A stretch of 64,000 bases of DNA, from contig JBAXKC010000003.1 of the NCBI GenBank assembly GCA_037137535.1, positions 59,387 through 123,386 on the forward strand, read 5' to 3'. Source of the DNA: a bacterium. Its GTDB lineage: Bacteria; Cyanobacteriota; Vampirovibrionia; Gastranaerophilales; JBAXKC01. Below are positions 28,836 through 38,406 of this stretch, in pieces; position 1 is the first letter of the stretch; each line of letters begins with the position of its first letter. A program made the translations under genes and the position numbers. The notes beneath the pieces are model-generated. The model saw nothing but the letters and a program-made list of their open reading frames with translations. It was not told the DNA's origin and ran no database searches.

Positions 28836-29684
28836 TTATTCTTTAATTCCGCCCGCCATGATGCCTTTAATAAAGAATTTTTGCCCTGCTAAAAAGAGTC
28901 CTATTGCGGGTATTGTCGATATAACAGCGCATGACATAAGTTGTCCCCATTCGGTTGTTTCTCTGAAACTACCTTTAAATACTGCAAGACCAACGGGTAA
29001 TGTTCTCATATTCTCGGAATTGGTTACTATTAATGGCCACATAAAGCTATTCCAGCTTGAAATGAAAGTAAATAGTGCAAGTGTGATTATTGCAGGCATT
29101 GCTAGAGGAATTGCAATTTTGAAGAAAATATCGAAATAATTGCATCCGTCAAGCTTTGCAGCATCTTCAAGGTCTTTTGGCATTCCTTTAAACCATTGGC
29201 GAAGTAAAAATACTCCAAAACCTCCGAAAAACCCTGGGATAATTAAGGCAAAATAACTATCAATCCACCCAAACTGCTTCATCAGGAAAAACAGCGGAAC
29301 AATGTTTACTTGTGGCGGAATCATAATAGTAGCAAGGAAAATAAAGAACAGAGGTTCTCTGAAACGAAAATTTAATCGTGCAAAAGCATAAGCGGCCATC
29401 GCAGAAAATAAAACTTGCCCTAAACAAGTGAATATTGCGACAATTAAACTATTAAAGAAATAAATTGCAATAGGTATATTTTTAAAAATATTTATATAAT
29501 TTGTGAACACAAAAGGATTGGGAATTATTGATGGAGGAAGCGAGAAAATTTGATTTTGTCCCATCAAAGAAAGTAATACCATCCATATAAACGGAAAAAC
29601 CGCTAAAAAAGAGGCAATTATCAGAAAAAAATATGCTATAAAAATTTTTATTCGTTTAATACCCATTTTTTCCTTGTTTTCCAT
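28836..29684 (-). CDS. carbohydrate ABC transporter permease (MalG/UgpE-like)
   Basis: Six TM segments and an EAA loop (DLEDAAKLDGCNYFDIFFKIAIPLAMP). An alternative ATG lies at 29666. Confidence 0.85.
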   Translation of the reverse strand: MENKEKMGIKRIKIFIAYFFLIIASFLAVFPFIWMVLLSLMGQNQIFSLPPSIIPNPFVFTNYINIFKNIPIAIYFFNSLIVAIFTCLGQVLFSAMAAYAFARLNFRFREPLFFIFLATIMIPPQVNIVPLFFLMKQFGWIDSYFALIIPGFFGGFGVFLLRQWFKGMPKDLEDAAKLDGCNYFDIFFKIAIPLAMPAIITLALFTFISSWNSFMWPLIVTNSENMRTLPVGLAVFKGSFRETTEWGQLMSCAVISTIPAIGLFLAGQKFFIKGIMAGGIKE

Positions 29685-30535
29685 TGAATTAAAGTAAGTC
29701 CTAAGATTATTAAAAATAAAATATAAGCTATTGCCGAGGCTTTACCTAGTTTGAACAGTTCAAAGGCATTTTTATACATCCAGTAAACCATTACCATTGT
29801 TGAGTTTTCAGGGCCTCCTCCTGTCATAAGATAAACCATATCAAATATTTGAAACGAGCTTACCGTTGTCATTATTAAAACAAAAAAGACAGTCGGCGAT
29901 AAAAGAGGAAGAGTTATCAGGAAAAATCTGTTTATGGAATTTGCCCCGTCAATTTCTGCGGCTTCAGAATAGGTTTCGGGGATATTCTGAAGTGCTGCAA
30001 GAAAAATAATCAGATTATATCCGATATTTTTCCATATACTGGCTATTATTAATGCCCATAGTGCTATATTTTTGTCATAGAGCCAGTTTATTCCATGATT
30101 TGCTCCTAATAGCCAATTTATAATACTGTAATTGGGGTCATAAATCCATTCCCATACAATCGCACAAACTATCATAGGTGTTACGTATGGTATGAATATA
30201 GATAATTTATAAAAATTACTGAATTTGATTTTTTGATTCAGTAATAAGGCTAAAAATAAAGGTAAAATTACTCCAAAAAATGCAGTAAAAAACGAATAAA
30301 AAAATGTATTCCATAATACTTTATAGAAAAGTGGTTCGTTTAAAATTTCAATGTAATTATTGAAGCCTACAAATTTTATGGGGCTTATAAGGTCCCAATG
30401 ACAAAAGCTAATAAAAAAGGAGGTAATAACAGGTAAAACAATAAATAATAAAATACCCAAAAAAGCGGGAGCTATGAATAAAAACGCCCATGTATTTTCT
30501 TTATTGAATAATTTTTTAAAAATATCTGATTTCAT
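29648..30535 (-). CDS. carbohydrate ABC transporter permease (MalF/UgpA-like)
   Basis: EAA loop (YSEAAEIDGANSINRFFLITLPLLSP). Overlaps the downstream permease gene. Confidence 0.85.
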   Translation of the reverse strand: MKSDIFKKLFNKENTWAFLFIAPAFLGILLFIVLPVITSFFISFCHWDLISPIKFVGFNNYIEILNEPLFYKVLWNTFFYSFFTAFFGVILPLFLALLLNQKIKFSNFYKLSIFIPYVTPMIVCAIVWEWIYDPNYSIINWLLGANHGINWLYDKNIALWALIIASIWKNIGYNLIIFLAALQNIPETYSEAAEIDGANSINRFFLITLPLLSPTVFFVLIMTTVSSFQIFDMVYLMTGGGPENSTMVMVYWMYKNAFELFKLGKASAIAYILFLIILGLTLIQWKTRKKWVLNE

Positions 30536-30699
30536 TTTATATTTATTTTTTGATTATTACTCTTTATTCTTAGCCAACATCAATAATAAAGAAAGTTTTT
30601 CTTGAAAATAGCTTAATAAATCCTTAAAATTTTTTAACCGTTTTGTTTATGTTATCCTCAATAGTAAACGATAATTGGAAAAATACGAAAGGAAAAGCA

Positions 30700-32145
30700 A
30701 TGACACTGGTACTAACTGCTTTTAATAAAAATGATATCAGAGGCATCGTAAACGAAAATTTAAATGAAGAAATATATGCTTTAGCAACAAAGGCTTATGT
30801 TAAGTTTGCTACAGCTAAGCTTGAGAAAAAACCTCAAGAGCTTGTTATTGGTGTTGCAATGGATGCAAGAAATCATTCCCCGGGCTTTACTAAAGTTGTT
30901 ATTGATACTTTGGTAGATGCAGGGGTGAATGTTCTTGATTTTGGACTTTGTCCTACTCCTCTCGGTTATTTTTCTGAATTTTCAGGGGCACATACGCATG
31001 GAGCTATGATAATAACTGCAAGTCACAATCCGTCTGAGTATAACGGAATGAAAATGACTCTTGCTCAAAAATCTCTTACAGAAGAAGAAATTTTTATGTT
31101 GAGAGATATGCTTGTTACCGAAAAATTTGAAAGTGCCGAGATAAAAGGTACTGTTAAAAAATATGATATTGCAGGCGAATATATTGAAAAAACAAGCCGT
31201 ATGTTTCAACATGCAGGCCAAGGCTTAAAAGTCGTTGTAGACAGCGGAAACGCTACGGCAGGAATTGCAGCTCCTGAATTATACAGAAAAATGAGTTGTG
31301 ATGTAATCGACATTTTCACCGAGCCTGATGGTAATTTCCCAAATCATCATCCTGATCCGTCAAAAGAAAAAAATCTTCAACATCTTAAAGAAAAGATTAA
31401 AGAAACAGGTGCTGATTTTGGTATAGCTTTTGATGGTGATTCAGACAGAATAGGCGTTGTAGACAATACAGGCTATGCAATACCTGGCGATCAGCTTTTA
31501 TTGATTCTTGCTCTTGATATCTTGAAATCAAGAAAAATTTCAGAAGCAAAACCTGTTATTATCTCCGAAGTCAAATGCTCTCAAACCTTGTTTGATACTA
31601 TTGATAAAAATGGCGGCAGATCAATTATGTGGAAAACAGGTCACGCTTACATTAAAAATAAAATGAGAGAAGAAAACGCTGTTTTAGCTGGTGAAATGAG
31701 CGGACATATTTTCTTTAAAGACAGATATTATGGATTTGATGATGCCATTTATGCTGGGTGTAGAATGATTGAAATTATGGCAAAGCATAAAGCTCATAAT
31801 CCGAATTATAAACTTTCAGACTTAATTGAAAGTTTGCCAAAAGCCTTTACTTCTCCTGAAGTTAGGTTTGCTTGCCCAAATGAATACAAATTTATATTAA
31901 TTGACAAAATTAATGAAAAAATTGAGCAGAATTCAAATATTTTTGGCTCAAAAATAGAAAAAATAATTACTCTTGATGGACTTAGAATAGTATTTACTGA
32001 CGGGTTTGGATTAATAAGAGCAAGTAATACAGAACCTACGCTTACTTTAAGATTTGAAGGTTCTACCTCTGAAAGTTGTAATAATTATAAAGATTCAATC
32101 ATTTCTATTATCGAGTCTACGCTTGAAGAATTAAAAAATGTCTAA
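30700..32145 (+). CDS. phosphomannomutase/phosphoglucomutase
   Basis: Active-site TASHNPSEYNGMK, Mg site FDGDSDRIG, and GEMSGH. The ATG at 30700 (MTLVLTAFNKNDIRG) is preferred over the track's TTG at 30643. Confidence 0.9.
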   Translation: MTLVLTAFNKNDIRGIVNENLNEEIYALATKAYVKFATAKLEKKPQELVIGVAMDARNHSPGFTKVVIDTLVDAGVNVLDFGLCPTPLGYFSEFSGAHTHGAMIITASHNPSEYNGMKMTLAQKSLTEEEIFMLRDMLVTEKFESAEIKGTVKKYDIAGEYIEKTSRMFQHAGQGLKVVVDSGNATAGIAAPELYRKMSCDVIDIFTEPDGNFPNHHPDPSKEKNLQHLKEKIKETGADFGIAFDGDSDRIGVVDNTGYAIPGDQLLLILALDILKSRKISEAKPVIISEVKCSQTLFDTIDKNGGRSIMWKTGHAYIKNKMREENAVLAGEMSGHIFFKDRYYGFDDAIYAGCRMIEIMAKHKAHNPNYKLSDLIESLPKAFTSPEVRFACPNEYKFILIDKINEKIEQNSNIFGSKIEKIITLDGLRIVFTDGFGLIRASNTEPTLTLRFEGSTSESCNNYKDSIISIIESTLEELKNV

Positions 32146-33181
32146 ATATCCGTTAAAGCCAAAAGATGTTGATTTTGAGGAATTGCGATCTTTAACATTA
32201 TTTATTAAGCCTCTTATTGGTTTAATAATTTTGTTAAGTTTGGGAACCTTTGGTTATATGATTATAGAAGGCTGGAATTGGCTAGATTCCCTTTTTATGA
32301 GCGTTATTACCTTTACAACGGTTGGTTATGGAACAGTTCATCCTTTATCTCATGCAGGGCAAATTTTCACAATGCTTTATATTTTATTTGGCGTTGTGTT
32401 GTTTCTTTATTTTGCTGCGGAGTTTGCAGAATATATTATTACGGTTAATTTTGGAAAGATTTTAGGCAAAAGAAAAATGCGAAAAAAATTGTCAAAACTG
32501 AAAGAACACTATCTTGTATGCGGCTATGGAAGAACAGGTGCAGAAATAACTTCACAATTGAAAAATAGCGGTTTGGATTTTGTTGTGATTGAAAAAAATA
32601 ACGATTTTGAGGAAATAGCTCAAAAAGAAGGTTTTTTATACGTCCTTGGTGATGCAACAGATGATGATACGTTAAAAAGTGCTGGAATTCTTGAGGCAAA
32701 GGGGATATTTTGTGCATTAAGCGATGACGTTGATAACCTGTATTTAACTTTATCTGCAAAGAATATTAATCCTAGGCTTACCATTGTTGCAAGATGTATT
32801 AAAGCATCAAACGAACCTAAATTTAAAAAAGCGGGTGCAAAAAGTATTATTTTACCTTATGAAATTTGCGGAAGAAGAATGGTAGCCTCAGTAGTTAAGC
32901 CTTTTGTCGTTGATTTTCTTGATGTAGTTATGCATACTAAGGGGCGAGAATTAGAATTAACGCTTGAGCAATTTATGCTTAAAGAAAATTCTGTCTTAAT
33001 CGGTAAATCAATCATTTCTTCAGGAATGAGGCAACAAACAGGTGTAATTATTATCGCTATAAAAAGAGAAGATGAATATATTACAAATCCTACACCAACG
33101 ACCGTTTTACAAGAGAAAGATGTATTGATTGCTCTTGGAGCGACATCGGAACTTTCAGCGTTTGAAGAACTTTATTTGTAG
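32138..33181 (+). CDS. potassium channel protein with RCK (TrkA-N/TrkA-C) domain
   Basis: Two TM segments plus a pore with the TTVGYG selectivity filter. Rossmann VCGYGRTG. Overlaps the phosphomannomutase stop by 8 nt (ATGTCTAA). Confidence 0.85.
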   Translation: MSKYPLKPKDVDFEELRSLTLFIKPLIGLIILLSLGTFGYMIIEGWNWLDSLFMSVITFTTVGYGTVHPLSHAGQIFTMLYILFGVVLFLYFAAEFAEYIITVNFGKILGKRKMRKKLSKLKEHYLVCGYGRTGAEITSQLKNSGLDFVVIEKNNDFEEIAQKEGFLYVLGDATDDDTLKSAGILEAKGIFCALSDDVDNLYLTLSAKNINPRLTIVARCIKASNEPKFKKAGAKSIILPYEICGRRMVASVVKPFVVDFLDVVMHTKGRELELTLEQFMLKENSVLIGKSIISSGMRQQTGVIIIAIKREDEYITNPTPTTVLQEKDVLIALGATSELSAFEELYL

Positions 33182-33201
33182 AGTCTGTGAGGGAATAATT
33201 T

Positions 33202-34227
33202 ATGAAAAATCATAAAATCGTGATCGTTATAATTGCTCTTTGTTTATTTAGTATAGTTGCAGGGCTTTACGGTAAAAATATCAACACTCAAAAGGCGAAA
33301 GCTACTCAGGATGAAAGTACAATGAGTTTATTTTCTGATGGCGATAAAATTGCATTAATTAATATTGACGGACCTATTCAATTTGAGAGTTCAGATAGTC
33401 TTTTCGGGCCTAAAACGTCAGCAGAAAATGCGAGAGTTTCTCTTAAAAAAATATTAAAAGATGATTCAGTTAAAGGTGTTTTACTTAGAATAAACAGCCC
33501 AGGCGGAACAGTCGGAATGTCGCAGGAAGTTTATTCTGATGTTTTAAAAGTAAGAGCAGTTAAGCCTGTTGTTGTTTCAATGGTTGATATGGCTGCAAGC
33601 GGAGGTTATTATATTTCTGCTGCTGCTGATAGGATTTATGCTTATCCGGGGACACTTACAGGTAGTATAGGCGTTATTTTAAACACTTATGATGCAGGTG
33701 AGCTGCTAACTAAAAAACTCGGAGTAAAGCCTGAAATAATAAAAAGCGGTAAATTTAAAGATATTGCTTCTCCTTATCGTTCAATGACTAAAGAAGAAAG
33801 ACAATTATTGCAAAATATGACCGATTCAACTCATGAACAGTTTATTAACGCAGTAATTGTGGCGAGAAGTAATCGCAACGATAAGTATAAGGTTAAAAAA
33901 CAGATATTAGACGCTAAAATCTTGAGAGAACATGCAGATGGTCGAATTTTTAACGGTGAACAAGCACTTCAAATAGGACTTGTTGATAGTATAGGAACAT
34001 TAGCTGATGCACATGATGCAGTAAGTGATATGGCTAAAGAAAAATTTGGCATAAAGTCTAAAAATTCCATTCCTCTTGTCAATTATAATGCACCAACAGG
34101 TTTCAATGAGATATTCTGCGGAGCAAAAAGTCAATTGGGTAAATTTGGTATAACAGGCGATATAAGTGAAAAACTTATGCCATTCAGTGCAAAACATCCT
34201 AATCAGCCTCTTATAATATGGGAGTAA
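33202..34227 (+). CDS. sppA: signal peptide peptidase SppA (36K type, S49)
   Basis: N-terminal TM segment, INSPGG, nucleophile context MAASGGYYIS, and KSGKFKD. Confidence 0.85.
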   Translation: MKNHKIVIVIIALCLFSIVAGLYGKNINTQKAKATQDESTMSLFSDGDKIALINIDGPIQFESSDSLFGPKTSAENARVSLKKILKDDSVKGVLLRINSPGGTVGMSQEVYSDVLKVRAVKPVVVSMVDMAASGGYYISAAADRIYAYPGTLTGSIGVILNTYDAGELLTKKLGVKPEIIKSGKFKDIASPYRSMTKEERQLLQNMTDSTHEQFINAVIVARSNRNDKYKVKKQILDAKILREHADGRIFNGEQALQIGLVDSIGTLADAHDAVSDMAKEKFGIKSKNSIPLVNYNAPTGFNEIFCGAKSQLGKFGITGDISEKLMPFSAKHPNQPLIIWE

Positions 34228-34232
34228 TGATA

Positions 34233-34802
34233 ATGGAAAATTTTTTAGAAAATATTTACGGTTCGATAGTTGAGCCAATCAAAACCTTTGATAGGTTGAA
34301 AGAAGAAAAACCTTATCTGCAAGCTCTTATTATCGTTATTGTTATAAGTTTATTATCTCCTGTTTTTAATAATATGCTTGCGGTTGATAAGCAATCGTTC
34401 GGCGAATTATTAGGATTTTCTATTTTATCGGTTATTGCAGGATTGTTTAATTGGCTGGCTTTTGCAGGATTTATGGAATTATTTTCATTTATCTTTAATC
34501 AAAATGGTAAATTTAAAGAAATGTTAACTTTATCGGGGTTTGCTTTAATTCCATGGATACTGTTGGCTCCTGTTTTTCTTTTAAAGCAAGCGGGGACTTT
34601 CTTTGAAGGTATAGGTATTTTACTTGCTCTTTGCGTTTTTATTTGGGCGATATTTTTATTCTTTTTATCCGTAGCAAAAAGTTACGGCTTAACTGCGTTA
34701 AGATGCATAGTTTTTGCTTTAATTCCTTTGATAGCATCAATTATTCAACTTCATTGGTTTATTTATTTTATACAAAATTTTATTCAAGTTATAAAAGTAT
34801 AA
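34233..34802 (+). CDS. Yip1-domain membrane protein
   Basis: Short cytoplasmic N-terminus (..IVEPIKTFDRLKEE) followed by 5 TM segments. The ATG at 34233 follows a GGGAG SD. The track start at 34218 overlaps sppA. Confidence 0.6.
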   Translation: MENFLENIYGSIVEPIKTFDRLKEEKPYLQALIIVIVISLLSPVFNNMLAVDKQSFGELLGFSILSVIAGLFNWLAFAGFMELFSFIFNQNGKFKEMLTLSGFALIPWILLAPVFLLKQAGTFFEGIGILLALCVFIWAIFLFFLSVAKSYGLTALRCIVFALIPLIASIIQLHWFIYFIQNFIQVIKV

Positions 34803-34874
34803 CTAAATTTAAATCTTTAAAATACTTAGCTAATGAATAATTAGCTAAGTATTGTGTTATTTATTGAAATTTTA

Positions 34875-35225
34875 TTAAACCGGAACAGCCATTGCTTCAG
34901 CCATTTTAGAAGAAGCGTTCATGAATTCGTTTATGTCACTGTTAAAATACTGCTTAATCAGCATTTTAATTGCGTTTTCTCCTGCATCTATTCTTGATAC
35001 TTTTGATCTGTAAAAATACTTTTTGCCTAGTTTAATTCTAACAACTTCTTCCTTTTCTACAAGTCTGTCTAAGACTGTTTTTATTGTGGTGTAAGCCCAC
35101 TTTTGAGACTCAGAATTTATCGTGTTTTGAACGTCTGATACATCAATGTGAAGTTTATCATTTTCTTCCATGTTCCATAATGCATTAAGCACAATATTCT
35201 CTAGATGTCCCTGTTTAAGGTTCAT
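34875..35225 (-). CDS. BlaI/MecI/CopY family transcriptional repressor
   Basis: 116 aa. Winged-helix pattern (E..VLNALW......V.DV.........AYTTIKTVLDRLVEKE.V.R...GK.Y.Y). Confidence 0.75.
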   Translation of the reverse strand: MNLKQGHLENIVLNALWNMEENDKLHIDVSDVQNTINSESQKWAYTTIKTVLDRLVEKEEVVRIKLGKKYFYRSKVSRIDAGENAIKMLIKQYFNSDINEFMNASSKMAEAMAVPV

Positions 35226-35331
35226 TGTTTTCTCCTACACTAAGCTACTCATATTATTTTATGAATAATACGCACGAATAAAAGACATATTATGTCTAAT
35301 ATTTACAAATATTATTACATTTTGATATTTG

Positions 35332-35637
35332 TTAATTATTTTTATCGTTTTCAGGTCCAAAAGTTATATCATGAGGTCCAAAGCCACTATGGGTATTAAA
35401 CCCTGGGGCACTATATGACCCAAAATCATCGCTTTTATTGCTCTTGTCTTTATAAATAATGGCACCTGATTTAGATATTATAATTTCGTTTTTATCTTCA
35501 TTATTTTCTATTCCATACAGTTTATTTATTTCTTCTGAGTTCACAATGTGGCCCATTTGGGTACACGATGTTGTTACCATAGTTAAAATAACGGTGGTTA
35601 GTAACAACAGGAAAAATTTTCCCAAACGGCCCGACAT
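35332..35637 (-). CDS. small secreted protein or lipoprotein, hypothetical
   Basis: The ATG at 35637 follows a GAGG SD. Signal sequence MSGRLGKFFLLLLTTVILTMVTTSC with a weak lipobox Cys. Confidence 0.45.
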   Translation of the reverse strand: MSGRLGKFFLLLLTTVILTMVTTSCTQMGHIVNSEEINKLYGIENNEDKNEIIISKSGAIIYKDKSNKSDDFGSYSAPGFNTHSGFGPHDITFGPENDKNN

Positions 35638-35756
35638 ATCGAACCTCACATCTTCTTTTTATTCAATTATCACTTTATACTACAATTATAGAGCTTTTTC
35701 ATGAAATTTTCATCAAACTTTAATATGATATTTCTTTTTATTTACAATCAAAATTT

Positions 35757-36626
35757 TTATTCATTATTAATTGAAAAATATACATCTTTTAATCTTTTTT
35801 TACTTACATGGGTATAAAGCTGTGTGGTTGATACATCGCTATGTCCCAGTAATTCCTGCACTACTCTTAAATCTGCTCCGTTTTCCAGTAAATGTGTTGC
35901 AAAACTGTGTCTTATAACGTGGGGGCTGATTTTTCTATTTATAAGTTTTCCTAAATTATTGATGAATCTGTAAATATCCTGACGTGATAAGGTTTTTCCA
36001 TTTGCTTTAAGAAAAAAAGCATCTTCGTTTTCATTATATTTTAAAAGAAGTAGTTCTCTATCTTCTAAATATAGTTTTAATGCATTTTTTGCTTCGTCTC
36101 CAATTGGTACTATTCTTTCTTTTGAGCCTTTTCCAAAGCATCTTACATAGCCGTTAGAAAGATTTATATTTGATAGTTTTAAATTTACAAGCTCTGATAC
36201 ACGAAGACCTGAAGCGTATAAAAGCTCTAGGATTGCTTTTTCTGAAGAGGTCAGCTTTTGAGCAAATAAAAGCTCCATTTCTTTTATACTTAGCACTTTA
36301 GGTAGTTTTCTTGCTAATTTTGGCTGTTCTATGCTTACTGTAGGGTCGTATTGAATGTATTCATTAGAAATAAGCCATTTAAACCAGCCTCTTACGGATG
36401 CAATCATTCTTGTTGTAGAAGATGCCGCATAGCCTTTGCCTCTTAGCTCTCTTATAAATACATTCAGAGATGATCTTGCGATATTTTCAAATTCATTTAT
36501 ATTATGTTTTTCTAAAAACTCTATAAAAATAGAGAGATCAGTTCTATAGCTTATTTCCGTATTATTAGAAAGACCTCTTTCAAGGATTAGATAATCTATA
36601 TATTCACATAGATATTGATAAAACAT
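35757..36626 (-). CDS. xerD: site-specific tyrosine recombinase XerD/XerC
   Basis: 289 aa. SAM-like N-domain and the catalytic R..HxxR..Y signature (PHVIRHSFATHLLENGADLRVVQELLGHSDVSTTQLYTHV). Confidence 0.9.
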   Translation of the reverse strand: MFYQYLCEYIDYLILERGLSNNTEISYRTDLSIFIEFLEKHNINEFENIARSSLNVFIRELRGKGYAASSTTRMIASVRGWFKWLISNEYIQYDPTVSIEQPKLARKLPKVLSIKEMELLFAQKLTSSEKAILELLYASGLRVSELVNLKLSNINLSNGYVRCFGKGSKERIVPIGDEAKNALKLYLEDRELLLLKYNENEDAFFLKANGKTLSRQDIYRFINNLGKLINRKISPHVIRHSFATHLLENGADLRVVQELLGHSDVSTTQLYTHVSKKRLKDVYFSINNE

Positions 36627-36664
36627 TTTTTTAAGTCCAATCCTGTTTTTATAAGCTGTTTTGA

Positions 36665-38023
<1,359 letters not shown>

Positions 38024-38084
38024 GCTGAAATAATTACTTCTTATTGAGAATGAAACTAGTTATAAAAGTTGTATAATATTAATA

Positions 38085-38126
38085 AAAGCAGGAATTCGAC
38101 TCTAATTTGTAAAATTCCTGCTTTTT
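38085..38126 (+). terminator. rho-independent terminator of serS
   Basis: AAAAGCAGGAATT...AATTCCTGCTTTTT hairpin plus T-run. Confidence 0.8.
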
Positions 38127-38205
38127 CTTTGTTTGAAAAATTAAAAAGTTTATTTTTTTTGCAAATAATAATATTATTAAAATGTAAGATAATAAAGGGC
38201 ATAAA

Positions 38206-38406
38206 ATGGAGATTAATCCTAAAAGAGTCAGATATGTGAAGCCTTCTTTGCAGGGAACAGGCATTATTCCTGTCGGAGCAGAGGGTAATGTGCTATTATT
38301 TATTAAACATCCTGTAACCTCAAAACTTTTAGTTGATTTTCCTTCATTTGAAAAAGCAATAGTGCCGTTAAGCAGTGTAGAAATATTAGAGGAACACAAT
38401 GGATAA
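38206..38406 (+). CDS. small hypothetical protein translationally coupled to the CHASE2-GGDEF gene
   Basis: 66-aa ORF whose stop overlaps the next ATG (ATGGATAA, 8-nt overlap). No recognised family. The opposite-strand ORF 38079-38399 looks spurious. Confidence 0.4.
   Translation: MEINPKRVRYVKPSLQGTGIIPVGAEGNVLLFIKHPVTSKLLVDFPSFEKAIVPLSSVEILEEHNG

Noticed and set aside
28813-29139. Plus-strand ORF of 108 aa overlapping the MalG-like permease gene
   Set aside because: It lies antisense to a permease with a clear EAA loop. It has a TTG-type start, no SD and a low-complexity translation.
35757-36626. Tyrosine recombinase as a marker of an integrated mobile element
   Set aside because: Its length and motifs fit housekeeping XerD/XerC. 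There is no adjacent tRNA, no flanking direct repeats, and no phage or conjugation genes. The neighbours (serS, blaI-like) look chromosomal.
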